A stretch of 57,402 bases of DNA from a virus (Duplodnaviria > Caudoviricetes), in IMG/VR virus record IMGVR_UViG_3300045744_000033, positions 1 to 57,402 of that record; one strand, 5' to 3'. Shown here piece after piece: positions 37,248-46,062 of the stretch (its first letter is position 1; each line of letters starts with the position of its first letter). Position numbers and translations under genes: made by a program. The notes under the pieces are model-generated. The model was given only the letters and a program-made list of their open reading frames with translations, did no database searches and was not told where the DNA came from.

Positions 37248-37597
37248 CCCCGCACCAGCGCGACGCCTTCGAAAGCCCGCTCACGACCGAGGTCATGGAG
37301 ATCCCCGCCGAGCGCGCCTGGCAGCTGCCGACGCGGCCGCCGATCGCAGTGAGCCTGGTGGTCGACACGAGTGGGCCGTACCCGGTCTGGCACGCCGTCG
37401 CGGCGCGCGGTGACGGCGACGACGTCTTCGTCCAGACGACGCTGGCGGATGTCTGCCGGCGCGTGCTCACCGGCGTCGGCATGCCGGAGACCGACCACGG
37501 CGTAAGCGACGGCATCGCCTACCACCTGGTGCGCCGGCTGACCGAGGGCGAGGCCTCGGAGTTGCGGCCACGGGTGGAGGGGACCGTCCAGTGCTGA
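37244..37597 (+). CDS. Hypothetical protein
   Basis: GTGA overlap. Confidence 0.6.
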   Translation: MTPHQRDAFESPLTTEVMEIPAERAWQLPTRPPIAVSLVVDTSGPYPVWHAVAARGDGDDVFVQTTLADVCRRVLTGVGMPETDHGVSDGIAYHLVRRLTEGEASELRPRVEGTVQC

Positions 37598-37803
37598 CAC
37601 CCACCGCCGGCTTCCTCGTCGGCCGCCCGGTGCGCCACTGCTTCCCGGACCGTCACCACCTGTTCGAGCGCGCCGGCGCCGCCTCGCTGTGCGGTGAGGT
37701 GACCTGGATCGAGGTCCAGCCCGTGCACGACGTGCGGCCCGGCATCACGCGGATCTGCGTCACCTGCAAGAGCATCGCCAAGGGCATGGAGGGACGGCCC
37801 TGA
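37591..37803 (+). CDS. Small Zn-binding protein
   Basis: H...SLCG...CVTC. Confidence 0.6.
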   Translation: MLTPTAGFLVGRPVRHCFPDRHHLFERAGAASLCGEVTWIEVQPVHDVRPGITRICVTCKSIAKGMEGRP

Positions 37804-37988
37804 GCGAAGACCCGAAGCAACTGCTGCGGCCGAAGGAGGTCGCGGCAATCCTCGCGATCAGCGTTCGGGAGGCTTACCGCCTCATTGAGCGAGGAGAGCT
37901 CCGAGGCGTCGACGTGGGCCAGCGCTCGGTGCGGGTTCGCGCCGAGGACCTGGCCGCCTACATCCAAGAGAGGACGAGAGATAAATGA
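37800..37988 (+). CDS. Excisionase-like HTH protein with a probable CTG start (absent from the ORF track)
   Basis: LLRPKEVAAILAISVREAYRLIERGELRGV...VRVRAEDLAAYI; SD GGAGG and CTGA overlap. Confidence 0.75.
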   Translation: MSEDPKQLLRPKEVAAILAISVREAYRLIERGELRGVDVGQRSVRVRAEDLAAYIQERTRDK

Positions 37989-38878
37989 GCGACGAGTTGG
38001 TGCGGTGGTCGGACGATCTGCGGCTGGAGAACGTCCCAATCGTCCGGTTGTACATCGACCCAGGGGTGAACACCAAAGAGGACCGCGACCGTCGCTATGT
38101 CCTCGGGTTGATGCAGCAGGGCTGGCGGTGGGACCTCTATGACCCGATCCATGTGGTGCCGACCGACCGCGGCCTGGCGGTGATCGACGGGGGAACGAGA
38201 CTTCAGGGGCTTCGCTTTTGGGAAGCAGCGGGGGGTCTGCCGGACGGCAGAGCTGTGGTGAAGGTGCACTACGACCTGCGAGAGCGTCCTGGCTTCGACT
38301 GGCGAGCAGCGGGCGCCCGGCTATTCATCGAGCTCAACACATGGAGACGGGCCGCGAAAGCGGTGGCCCGGCTTAAAGCAGAGGTGACGGCGCGCTCAGA
38401 GGCGGCCGTCGCAATCGACAGCGCCCTCTCGGAGCGTGGCCTCTTCCTCTCGACGAGTTCGCGGCAATCGTCGCCTGGCGCAGTGTCATGTCAGGGGGCG
38501 CTGAAGGCTGCATGGGGACTCGGCCAGCTCGACGCGACTCTGGACGTTCTCCTGGCGGCATGGGGACCGGGCGATCAAAAGGGGTTTGGCGAAGCGATGG
38601 TCACGGGAGTCGCTGCGCTGTTGCACAACTACCCGGACATCAAGCGCGACCGACTGGTAGCGAGGCTCGCAGCAAGTAAGAGCAAGGATCTCGTCGAGGC
38701 AGCCGCGGTGCGGCGTCGCGCCGTCGGAGGCGGTCTCTGGGCGTCGCTGTACGACCAGATCGTGGATCTCTATGGCCGGGGCTCGTCCGTCTTCAAGCTG
38801 GAGTCGAAAGCGGTCCCGCAGTTGCCAAGGGTAGATGGCGTCTATCTCTCGCAGATCGTGGGTCGGGATCGCGGGTGA
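37985..38878 (+). CDS. ParB-N-like (DUF6551-like) protein
   Basis: VIDGGTRL and ARLFIELN motifs. Confidence 0.6.
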   Translation: MSDELVRWSDDLRLENVPIVRLYIDPGVNTKEDRDRRYVLGLMQQGWRWDLYDPIHVVPTDRGLAVIDGGTRLQGLRFWEAAGGLPDGRAVVKVHYDLRERPGFDWRAAGARLFIELNTWRRAAKAVARLKAEVTARSEAAVAIDSALSERGLFLSTSSRQSSPGAVSCQGALKAAWGLGQLDATLDVLLAAWGPGDQKGFGEAMVTGVAALLHNYPDIKRDRLVARLAASKSKDLVEAAAVRRRAVGGGLWASLYDQIVDLYGRGSSVFKLESKAVPQLPRVDGVYLSQIVGRDRG

Positions 38879-39222
38879 TCACGCCCACCCACGCCGAGAA
38901 CTGCCGCGGCTGCGGCGCCCAGATCTTCTGGGTGAAGCACGAGCGGACCGGGAAGGCGGCGCCGATCGACGTCGGCCCCAACCCGGCCGGCAACCTGCGC
39001 CTCGAGCTCACCAACGATGGCTGGCGCTACGGCATCATCGGCACCGGCGATCGCGTCCCGCCCGAGGAGCGCTTCATGCCGCACTTCGCCTCGTGTTCTC
39101 GGAGTCGTGACTTCCGGCGCCTGGCGGCGAGCCCGCTGCCACCGGCGCCGAGGCCTGCGCAGCTGCCCGACAACGTCGTCCCGTTCCCGACCCACAAGAC
39201 GTCACGCCACGAGGGGGAGTAG
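38875..39222 (+). CDS. Hypothetical Zn-binding phage protein
   Basis: CRGCGAQIFW...PHFASC. Confidence 0.75.
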   Translation: MITPTHAENCRGCGAQIFWVKHERTGKAAPIDVGPNPAGNLRLELTNDGWRYGIIGTGDRVPPEERFMPHFASCSRSRDFRRLAASPLPPAPRPAQLPDNVVPFPTHKTSRHEGE

Positions 39223-40215
39223 ATGCACCGCGAGCGAATCAGGTCGGTCAAGCCCGAGCTGCGCAGGCACCGGCAGATATCGAAGCTGGGGGTGCTCCCG
39301 CACCTGCTCGCATTCGAGCTCATCACCTTCGCCGACGACCAGGGTCGCTTCCCCGCCAGCCTCGAGGAGGTGCGCGAGGAGGTGCTGCCGTACCACAAGG
39401 AAGTCAGCGATCGGCAGGTCGAGCGCGCCCTCCAGGCCCTGGTCGACGTCGGTTATGTCGAGCTCTACGAGGTTCGCGGGCAGCGGTACGGGTGGATCCG
39501 CACCTGGTTCGAGCACCAGCGGCTGCAGACCGACCGCCTGGAGTGGTCCGAGTACCCGACGCCAGATGGCTTCCACCCGTGCGTGATGACCGACTCTCAG
39601 GTCCGCGAGTGGAAGAAGGCGAAGGCCGAGGGCAAGCTCCCGCGAACTGGAGATGGGGCCGTTTCGGATGCCGGATGGAATCAGAGAAAGGCCTTCGTGG
39701 AATCACACGTTTCCACGTTGGAATCAGATGTTTCCGAGAGCCGCGCAGTTCGGAATCCTCGCGCGCCTGGGCGCGCGCGCGCTGATCGGAGCGGAGCGGA
39801 GCATGAAGAGGATCTAAACACCCCCGTAGGTCCCTCTTTGGCTAAGTCTGTGGACAACTCCCCGTCGGTCAGGGGTGGAGAGGAAACCTGGAGCGAGGCC
39901 GACCTCGAGGACCGCATCCGGGTCCTGGTGGCGTGGTGGTGCGCACTCACCGACCTGACGCCGACCGAGTTCATGCCCACCCAGGCAGGCGTCCTGGCTG
40001 CTCTGCCCGCCCCCACCGAGGTCATCACCAGCGCCATGGAACGGACCTATGCCGAGTCGACCTCGAAGCCGAAGAAGATGACCGCGCCCTCGCTGATGGC
40101 CGCCGCCCAGGAGGCGAACGGCGAGTGGCTCAAGCAGCAGGGCCGCGGCCGCCCAGAGAACCGCAGCGGTCAGCCGGTCCACGCCGGCGGCCTGCTCAGG
40201 GAGGTGATCGGATGA
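39223..40215 (+). CDS. Replication initiator protein
   Basis: RIRSVKPE, ADDQGRF and WFEHQ motifs; internal iterons. Confidence 0.75.
   Translation: MHRERIRSVKPELRRHRQISKLGVLPHLLAFELITFADDQGRFPASLEEVREEVLPYHKEVSDRQVERALQALVDVGYVELYEVRGQRYGWIRTWFEHQRLQTDRLEWSEYPTPDGFHPCVMTDSQVREWKKAKAEGKLPRTGDGAVSDAGWNQRKAFVESHVSTLESDVSESRAVRNPRAPGRARADRSGAEHEEDLNTPVGPSLAKSVDNSPSVRGGEETWSEADLEDRIRVLVAWWCALTDLTPTEFMPTQAGVLAALPAPTEVITSAMERTYAESTSKPKKMTAPSLMAAAQEANGEWLKQQGRGRPENRSGQPVHAGGLLREVIG
39677..39857. promoter_or_regulatory. Putative replication origin (iterons and DnaA box)
   Basis: GGAATC at 39677, 39699, 39720 and 39752; TGTGGACAA (TTGTCCACA) at 39849-39857. Confidence 0.65.
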
Positions 40216-40499
40216 GACCAGTCGCCGGTCTTACCCATGGAGGCGAGCAGCCGCCGCGCACCCATGAGACGGAGCCCACCCCTCGACACCTCGCGCCGGC
40301 GTACACGCACGAGGTGCTGCTCGAGGACCTGCTGGAGGAGATCGCCCGCCAGGACGAGGCGGGCGAGGCGCTGTTCGCGACCAGGAGCGAGACCGCTTTG
40401 CTCGAGCTCGCTGCCTGCGCCATCCGCGGCATCCGAGCGGCGCGTGAGGAGCGCGACAGCCTCATAGCCGGCGCCGAGCCGGGCGGAGACAAGCCATGA
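40212..40499 (+). CDS. Hypothetical protein
   Basis: ATGA overlap, SD GGAGG. Confidence 0.6.
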   Translation: MRPVAGLTHGGEQPPRTHETEPTPRHLAPAYTHEVLLEDLLEEIARQDEAGEALFATRSETALLELAACAIRGIRAAREERDSLIAGAEPGGDKP

Positions 40500-40981
40500 C
40501 ACGAACGCTCGATCTGGATGCATTCCTGGACACCCTCACCCTCGAACGTGGCTCGCACTCCGACCACGCGGCGATGTGTGTCATGGAGGCCGTGGCCTAC
40601 GTGGCCGGCGAGAAGTGGTCGGATTCGCCAGTGTGCGCCTCGCCTGTTATCGCTGGCTTCCTGCGTTCGTGGAACGACGCCATGAACGACGAGGACCGCC
40701 AGCAGTTGAAGCCGCTGATCCCGCGCCTCGTCAACACGCGCGGTGACGAGGCGACCGAGCTGCGGCGCTCGTACCTGGCGCTCGACCGGCACTGCCGCGT
40801 CAGTGCGCCGACGTGGCTGCGCGCGGCTGGGCTCGTCAAGGAGGCCGAGCGCATCGAGGCGCTGCCACCGCTCACGGACAAGGCGTCGGTGAAGCGCGCG
40901 ACGCAGGCGCTCCACGTGGTCACGCTCCAGAAGTCGGCACTGGATCTCGTGGAGCGGATGATCGAGGTTGGAGTGGCGTGA
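40496..40981 (+). CDS. Conserved hypothetical phage protein
   Basis: GSH...CVMEAVAY...WSD.P.C.SP...ND motif. Confidence 0.7.
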   Translation: MTRTLDLDAFLDTLTLERGSHSDHAAMCVMEAVAYVAGEKWSDSPVCASPVIAGFLRSWNDAMNDEDRQQLKPLIPRLVNTRGDEATELRRSYLALDRHCRVSAPTWLRAAGLVKEAERIEALPPLTDKASVKRATQALHVVTLQKSALDLVERMIEVGVA

Positions 40982-41157
40982 CCGAGGAGGAGCGGCTGCG
41001 CGCCGCCAACGAGATCCTGAATCGCTCGACCCGCGACCTCGCCGCGGTGCCGGAGATCCGCGACCCGGTCGCCCGCCGGCGCGAGATCGTCAGCGTCGCC
41101 CGCCAGCTGCGGACGGCCGCGAACACGCTGGACCAGAACGGGTTCCTGACCGAATGA
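40978..41157 (+). CDS. Hypothetical protein
   Basis: GTGA overlap. Confidence 0.55.
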   Translation: MTEEERLRAANEILNRSTRDLAAVPEIRDPVARRREIVSVARQLRTAANTLDQNGFLTE

Positions 41158-41360
41158 CCCCCGAGCGGATGCGGCAGCTGCGGCAGAAGATCCGCGAGGG
41201 CCGCGACCTCACCGACGCCGAGTACCGCGAGATCCGGGAGGCCGTGCCATACATCGCCGAGTCTGCCGGCGCCGCGCTGGAGTACCTGGCCGAATCGACC
41301 AGGAAGGCGGCCGAGGGGATGCGCGGGCTGGCGGCGGCTTTCCGCCAGAAAGAGGCCTGA
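41154..41360 (+). CDS. Hypothetical protein
   Basis: ATGA overlap. Confidence 0.55.
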   Translation: MTPERMRQLRQKIREGRDLTDAEYREIREAVPYIAESAGAALEYLAESTRKAAEGMRGLAAAFRQKEA

Positions 41361-41764
41361 TGGCCGGGCTGACCCCGACCCAGCGCACGCTCCGCGAACT
41401 CCGCCAGCAGGGTCGCGTGGCCGCCATCGTCGAGCGTTTCAACCAGCACGTTGGCCCGCACGGGATCCGCCAGGACCTCTTCGGGATCCTGGACATCATC
41501 GCCCTCGACCCTCAGCGCGGCGTGGTCGGGATCCAGTCGACCGGCGCCGACTTCGCCGGCCACCTCCGCAAGCTCCTCGAGGAGCGGGCCCAGGAGACCC
41601 ACGACTGGCTCTCCACGCCGGGCACGGTGCTCGAGCTCTGGGGCTGGCGCAAGGTCAAGCTGGCACGCGGCGGCAAGGCCGAGCGCTGGGCGCCGCGGGT
41701 GCGGCAGATCACCCTTGAGGACGTCGGCGCCGTGTCGAATCGGATCGGTACGAGGGCCGAATGA
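41360..41764 (+). CDS. PD-(D/E)XK-fold nuclease, possible Holliday junction resolvase
   Basis: DLFGILDIIAL...GIQST...LELWGWRK. Confidence 0.65.
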   Translation: MAGLTPTQRTLRELRQQGRVAAIVERFNQHVGPHGIRQDLFGILDIIALDPQRGVVGIQSTGADFAGHLRKLLEERAQETHDWLSTPGTVLELWGWRKVKLARGGKAERWAPRVRQITLEDVGAVSNRIGTRAE

Positions 41765-41893
41765 CGGGGAAGTGACGGCGCGAAGGGATCCCTGTTCCGT
41801 TAACAGGTCTGATACAGTGCGGGTCAGCGCCTCCGGTGGGACACTCCGAGCGAGTGAGGTGCTCGTCAGCGGTGGGGCGATGCCCTGAGGGTG

Positions 41894-41998
41894 TACCCCC
41901 GACGAGAATCGAACTCGCGAACCTGGGCTTACCGGGCCTGGGCGGAGAGGTTGGGCGGCTGTGCTAGCAGCCGGTTGGACCGATCCACTCCCGGGGGC
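41894..41998 (-). ncRNA. 105-nt tRNA-like RNA
   Basis: Acceptor stem GCCCCCG/CGGGGGT-A, T arm GCGAG-TTCGATT-CTCGT, internal hairpins; promoter immediately upstream. Confidence 0.65.
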
Positions 41999-42004
41999 GC
42001 TGCT

Positions 42005-42033
42005 ATTTTAGGGCCGGGACCCCCTCCATCCAA
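42005..42033 (-). promoter_or_regulatory. Sigma70-type promoter of the tRNA-like RNA
   Basis: Minus strand TTGGAT-17 nt-TAAAAT; predicted +1 at about 41998. Confidence 0.65.
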
Positions 42034-42275
42034 CGGTTAAGCGACGCCTATTCGGGCCCCTTGAACTTGTGGGCGGGCTACTAGCGCTCCAGATCGTGAG
42101 ATCGCCGGCGCCTGTCAGAGGGCCTTAGATACAGTCCCGTATCTCACGTCTCGGGGTGGCCTGGTCGTGGACGTCCTGGCGCAGAAGCGCTACGGCGACG
42201 AGCCGGGCGTCGGCGTGTCTGTCGTTTCCGCATGACGTAGAACGGTCCTGCGTGACGTAGAATCGCGCCGCCCTG

Positions 42276-42530
42276 ATGGACCTGGCGACGCGGCTCGGGC
42301 GCCCCTGCGACTACGTGTCGCTCTGCTGCCCCGGCTGTGGCCGACTGGCCGCCAACTGCTTCCGCATCTGCCGGCGCATGGGCCCGATGGTGGTCTGGGC
42401 GGCCCCCACCTGCGATCACTTCGACCCCGCCCTCCACCGACAGCCGCTCCAGGTCAAGGTCTGGCTTAAAGAGCGCCCTGAGTCGATCCCCCTCGGCCTC
42501 TGGGAGATCGGCGTGCGAGGCCGGGGATGA
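42276..42530 (+). CDS. Hypothetical Cys-containing protein
   Basis: TAGAAT upstream; overlaps the next gene. Confidence 0.55.
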   Translation: MDLATRLGRPCDYVSLCCPGCGRLAANCFRICRRMGPMVVWAAPTCDHFDPALHRQPLQVKVWLKERPESIPLGLWEIGVRGRG

Positions 42531-42778
42531 GAGGCCCGCTGACCCCGGCGCTCAGCCGCCTCCGCGACGCCGTTCGGGCCAACCCGGACTTCACCTCCGC
42601 GGAGCTCGGCGCGGAGCTCGGCCTCGCCGAGAAGACGGTCAAGAACCAGGTCGGCCTCCTCCTGGAGGCGTACCACGTGACCTCCCGCCACGGGCTCATC
42701 GCGGAGCTGGTGTGGGAGGAGGTCCGGCGCCGGCAGACCCAGCGCCGCTGCCCCTGTTGCGGGCACGAGCTCGAATGA
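42527..42778 (+). CDS. LuxR-like HTH protein with a C-terminal Zn ribbon
   Basis: TSAELGAELGLAEKTVKNQV; CPCCG. Confidence 0.75.
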   Translation: MRGPLTPALSRLRDAVRANPDFTSAELGAELGLAEKTVKNQVGLLLEAYHVTSRHGLIAELVWEEVRRRQTQRRCPCCGHELE

Positions 42779-42963
42779 GCGTGGACCGGGCGGCCGATTT
42801 CGGCGATTGGCAGGACCTTGTCCGCGTCGGCAACCACCGGCCTGGCCTCGGCGGCCACGTCCCCATGGGCGGCAATGCCAGCGTTCCAGTCCGGCCGGGC
42901 CTGTGGGTGGAAGAGGACGTCTGCGAGGAGCTGCTCAGGACCGACCCCGAGGATCTGAGATGA
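42775..42963 (+). CDS. Hypothetical protein
   Basis: ATGA overlaps at both ends. Confidence 0.5.
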   Translation: MSVDRAADFGDWQDLVRVGNHRPGLGGHVPMGGNASVPVRPGLWVEEDVCEELLRTDPEDLR

Positions 42964-43703
42964 GCCCGCGCCGCACCTACTTCCCGGCCGACTTGCGGGC
43001 GGATCCGGCCCCCCGTGTGGTCGAGGTCGAGGTCCGCGCCCGCCCTGCCGACGTCGTCGTCGAGGCGCCCAAGCCCAGGGAGCCGAAGAGGCGGACGCTC
43101 CCCGACCTGCAGCCATGGTTGAAGCGCGAGTGCCAGAAGCTGTGGGACGTCCACGAGGCGCACAGCCGCCAGGCCAAGCCCGCCGTCGAGTGGCCGCGGC
43201 GCTCGACCTTCCGCCTCAACTGGCCCCAGCTCGAGGAGGACCTGGTCGTCGCCGCCTGGAAGATCCGCCAGGAGCAGGAGGACTCGGGCACGCTCGTCGC
43301 CTGGCTCGACGAGCAACCGGAGGCCGGCGAGCGCCTCGAGGTACTGATGCCGGCGCCGGCGCCCCAGCGCGACTGGGCGACCAAGTACGCCGCCGAGCTG
43401 GCGGAGGCGCCGGCCGGGCTGCACCTGTCGCTCGTGAAGCTGTCAGAGAGTGACGTCGGCAACGTCGGGCGCGCCATCGAGTGGCTGATGAAGCGGCTGC
43501 GGGAGCTTCCGGCCGAGGAGCAGGCGGCGCTCCGCCTCTACCTCGGCGGCGAGAGCTGGAGCGCGATCGCCCGCTCGCTCAGCCGCCGCTACCGCCGCAA
43601 CTACAACGTTCAGCGCGTGCAGCGACTTCTCGACGTCGACGAGATCGGAAGGCCCCGTGCGCTCCGCCACCTGATGACTCCTGCCCGGGCTCAGGCGGTC
43701 TGA
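42960..43703 (+). CDS. Protein with a C-terminal sigma70 region 4-like domain
   Basis: LRELPAEEQAALRLYLGGESWSAIARSL. Confidence 0.65.
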   Translation: MSPRRTYFPADLRADPAPRVVEVEVRARPADVVVEAPKPREPKRRTLPDLQPWLKRECQKLWDVHEAHSRQAKPAVEWPRRSTFRLNWPQLEEDLVVAAWKIRQEQEDSGTLVAWLDEQPEAGERLEVLMPAPAPQRDWATKYAAELAEAPAGLHLSLVKLSESDVGNVGRAIEWLMKRLRELPAEEQAALRLYLGGESWSAIARSLSRRYRRNYNVQRVQRLLDVDEIGRPRALRHLMTPARAQAV

Positions 43704-43707
43704 CAGC

Positions 43708-44040
43708 GTGGCCATCACATTACCCGGCGTGCAGACCTACCCGACGTTGTCTCTCATAGAGGGAGTCTCGCGCTTGGTCTCAGCCGACGTCATCGCAGCG
43801 CTCCGACCCTCGCTGCTTCAGCGCGCCCGGAGGTTCGCCGATGGGCCGGCCGAGGCCGAGGACCTCGTGCAGGACACGCTTCTGCGCCTGGTCGAGAAGG
43901 AGCCGGAGTGGCGCGGGCTCCCTCACCTCCGCCACTGGCTCTTCACGGTCATGGGCAACCTGGTCAAGGACCGCGGCAGGAAGGCGGCCAAGACGGCGCC
44001 GGTGCTGGCCTACGACCTCGACGGAACAGTGACCTGGTAG
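43708..44040 (+). CDS. Stand-alone ECF sigma region 2 protein
   Basis: AEAEDLVQDTLLRL...WLFTVMGNLVKDRGRK; no region 4. Confidence 0.8.
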   Translation: MAITLPGVQTYPTLSLIEGVSRLVSADVIAALRPSLLQRARRFADGPAEAEDLVQDTLLRLVEKEPEWRGLPHLRHWLFTVMGNLVKDRGRKAAKTAPVLAYDLDGTVTW

Positions 44041-44044
44041 TGCC

Positions 44045-44299
44045 GTGCTCCCGCACCTCCCGCCTGGACCACGTCCTGACCCGCCTGGTGCTTTCGCGGT
44101 CGAAGACCCTACTGTGGTCGCCGCCCGCTGCGCCGAGCTGGGGTCGGTGCTGGACTCGCTTTTGGACGCCGTGTGGCGGGCGGAGCGCGAGTGGGCGTTC
44201 GACGACCGCCTCGCCGGACTCCCGGTCCGCCGGGTGATCTCGGGCGAGGTGTACGCCGCCCGCCGCGGCGCGCAGTGGAGCTGGGAGCACCGCGGATGA
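44045..44299 (+). CDS. Hypothetical protein
   Basis: Fills the gap; ATGA overlap with the next gene. Confidence 0.45.
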   Translation: MLPHLPPGPRPDPPGAFAVEDPTVVAARCAELGSVLDSLLDAVWRAEREWAFDDRLAGLPVRRVISGEVYAARRGAQWSWEHRG

Positions 44300-44463
44300 C
44301 CGGCGAGCGCCTCGCCGAGGCCTGGCACTGGGCCGCCTTCCTCATTGCCGGCGCGGTCGTCGCCTGCTGGCTCTGCGGCTTCTCGCTGCTCTGGCCGCTG
44401 GCGGCGCTCTTCGGCTGGGAGGTCCTGGGCCTCTACGGCCACTACTGGCTCCGCGGGAGGTGA
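44296..44463 (+). CDS. Small membrane protein
   Basis: Hydrophobic, Trp-rich. Confidence 0.6.
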   Translation: MTGERLAEAWHWAAFLIAGAVVACWLCGFSLLWPLAALFGWEVLGLYGHYWLRGR

Positions 44464-44467
44464 CCCG

Positions 44468-44623
44468 ATGACCGCTCTCCTCGGCTTTCTGTCCGCCGTC
44501 TGGCTGATTGCCTCGCAGCCCGGCCTCTGGGTGTTGGTGGCGCTCGTGCTGGTCGCGCTCGTCATCTGCCTGATCGCCTTCACCGACGGCGCCACCTGGC
44601 GGCTCCGCCGGCCAGCGCCGTGA
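44468..44623 (+). CDS. Small membrane protein
   Basis: SD GGAGG; hydrophobic. Confidence 0.65.
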   Translation: MTALLGFLSAVWLIASQPGLWVLVALVLVALVICLIAFTDGATWRLRRPAP

Positions 44624-44844
44624 CCGCGCCCCGGATCATCGCCCTGACGGGCGGCGTCGCGCTCATCCTGCTGGCACTCGGAGCCCTCGTGCTGGCCGCG
44701 CTCTGGGCGCCGCAGCTGGCCTACCCGGTCGTCCACTGCCCGGATGGCAGCCGGCCCTACGCCGACTACCCGGTCTCGATGTCCGGGCCGCCGGCGGTCA
44801 AGTGCTTCGACCCCAACGACGAGAAGCAGTGGCCGATCCCATGA
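44620..44844 (+). CDS. Small membrane-anchored or exported protein
   Basis: N-terminal TM helix and two Cys. Confidence 0.6.
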   Translation: MTAPRIIALTGGVALILLALGALVLAALWAPQLAYPVVHCPDGSRPYADYPVSMSGPPAVKCFDPNDEKQWPIP

Positions 44845-45155
44845 GCACGCGCTGCTTCATGGTCGACCGGGTCATGGACTGCTGGGACGACAACGGCCAG
44901 CGCGTCGGCGCCATGGTCTGGGGCCGCCACCAGGTCGACGAGCACGACGCGGATCCGCGCCCCTTCCCCCACCTGCAGGTGATGACGCCGGCGGGCCTCG
45001 TCTGCCTCGACTGCCCGGAGTCGGATCCGCCGTACCTGAAGTGGACCCGGACCGGCGAGCCGCCCAACGTCACCGTTGCGCCGAGCCTGAACGTCAACCC
45101 CGGCCGCCCCGAGGGGTGGCACGGCTGGCTGCAGAACGGGGAGCTGACGCCATGA
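44841..45155 (+). CDS. DUF6527-like protein
   Basis: WTRTG...TVAPSL...WHGWLQNG. Confidence 0.6.
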   Translation: MSTRCFMVDRVMDCWDDNGQRVGAMVWGRHQVDEHDADPRPFPHLQVMTPAGLVCLDCPESDPPYLKWTRTGEPPNVTVAPSLNVNPGRPEGWHGWLQNGELTP

Positions 45156-45511
45156 TCGGCCGCCGCATCCACCACGTCGACGGAGCCGACCCCTACGACG
45201 AGCTCGCGGAGCCCGGGGACTACCTCGGCCCCATCTCGGGATACCCGGGCGAGATCCCGGCGGTGTTCTTCCTGCTGCCGGTCGACCTGATGCCGGCGAA
45301 GAAGCCGGACGACTGGACCGACGACGAGTACGCCCTCGCCCGCAAGTTCAAGAACCTCGCCCACGTCTGCTCGCCCCCGCACGTCTTCCGCGAGTGTGCA
45401 GATGGCTCGCTCGAGATTCGCGAGAGCATCCTCGTCACCTGCCGTTGGAAGGGCGCCGAGTTCACCTGGCACGGCTACCTCGACGAGGGCCACTCCTGGA
45501 GGACCGCGTGA
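45152..45511 (+). CDS. Second DUF6527-like protein
   Basis: DGSLEIRESIL...WHGYL...W. Confidence 0.55.
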   Translation: MIGRRIHHVDGADPYDELAEPGDYLGPISGYPGEIPAVFFLLPVDLMPAKKPDDWTDDEYALARKFKNLAHVCSPPHVFRECADGSLEIRESILVTCRWKGAEFTWHGYLDEGHSWRTA

Positions 45512-46062
45512 TCCCGGTCCGCCAGCGAGAGAAGGGGGACTGTCTCAGGGCCGCGGTCGCGTCGGTGCTCGAGCGCGAGTACGACGAGGTCTGGGACTTC
45601 GCGCGAGTCGCCGACGAGAGCGGCCGCTGGTGGGGCGCCGCCGTCGACGACTGGCTCGCGCACGAGGGCTACGTCTTCCGTCTCGGCAACTTCGCCTTCC
45701 GGGAGCCTGGCATCGGCTCGGTGCACGTCGAGTCCTTCTGGCTCGGGTCGCCCTGGTGGATCGCCTCGGTGCGATCCAAGGTCTACCCCGGCATTCTGCA
45801 CGCGGTTGTCATGCATGGCAACGAGGTCGCCTTCGACCCCGGCCGCTTCGTCGACGAGCCCACGTACCGCTCTGAGCCATACACGTTCATCTTCGCCAAC
45901 TACTTCTTCGTCCCGGACCCACTCGCCGTCCAGCGACCCCAACGCGCTCGCACCCCGAAGCCTCCCGTCTGCGCGGCCTGCGGTGCCGACGAGGACCTCA
46001 CGGTCGAGTGCGTGGCCTGGACCGTGCTCTGCCGCAGCTGCTACCGCCAGCTCGGCGGCTGA
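45508..46062 (+). CDS. Papain-like (C39-like) fold protein
   Basis: Q...GDCLRAAVASVL, LHAVV and FDP motifs. Confidence 0.6.
   Translation: MIPVRQREKGDCLRAAVASVLEREYDEVWDFARVADESGRWWGAAVDDWLAHEGYVFRLGNFAFREPGIGSVHVESFWLGSPWWIASVRSKVYPGILHAVVMHGNEVAFDPGRFVDEPTYRSEPYTFIFANYFFVPDPLAVQRPQRARTPKPPVCAACGADEDLTVECVAWTVLCRSCYRQLGG

Noticed and set aside
41955-41975. CTA in a hairpin loop read as an amber suppressor anticodon or sign of genome recoding
   Set aside because: The loop is 6 nt without U33 geometry, and TAG is used as a normal stop in many genes
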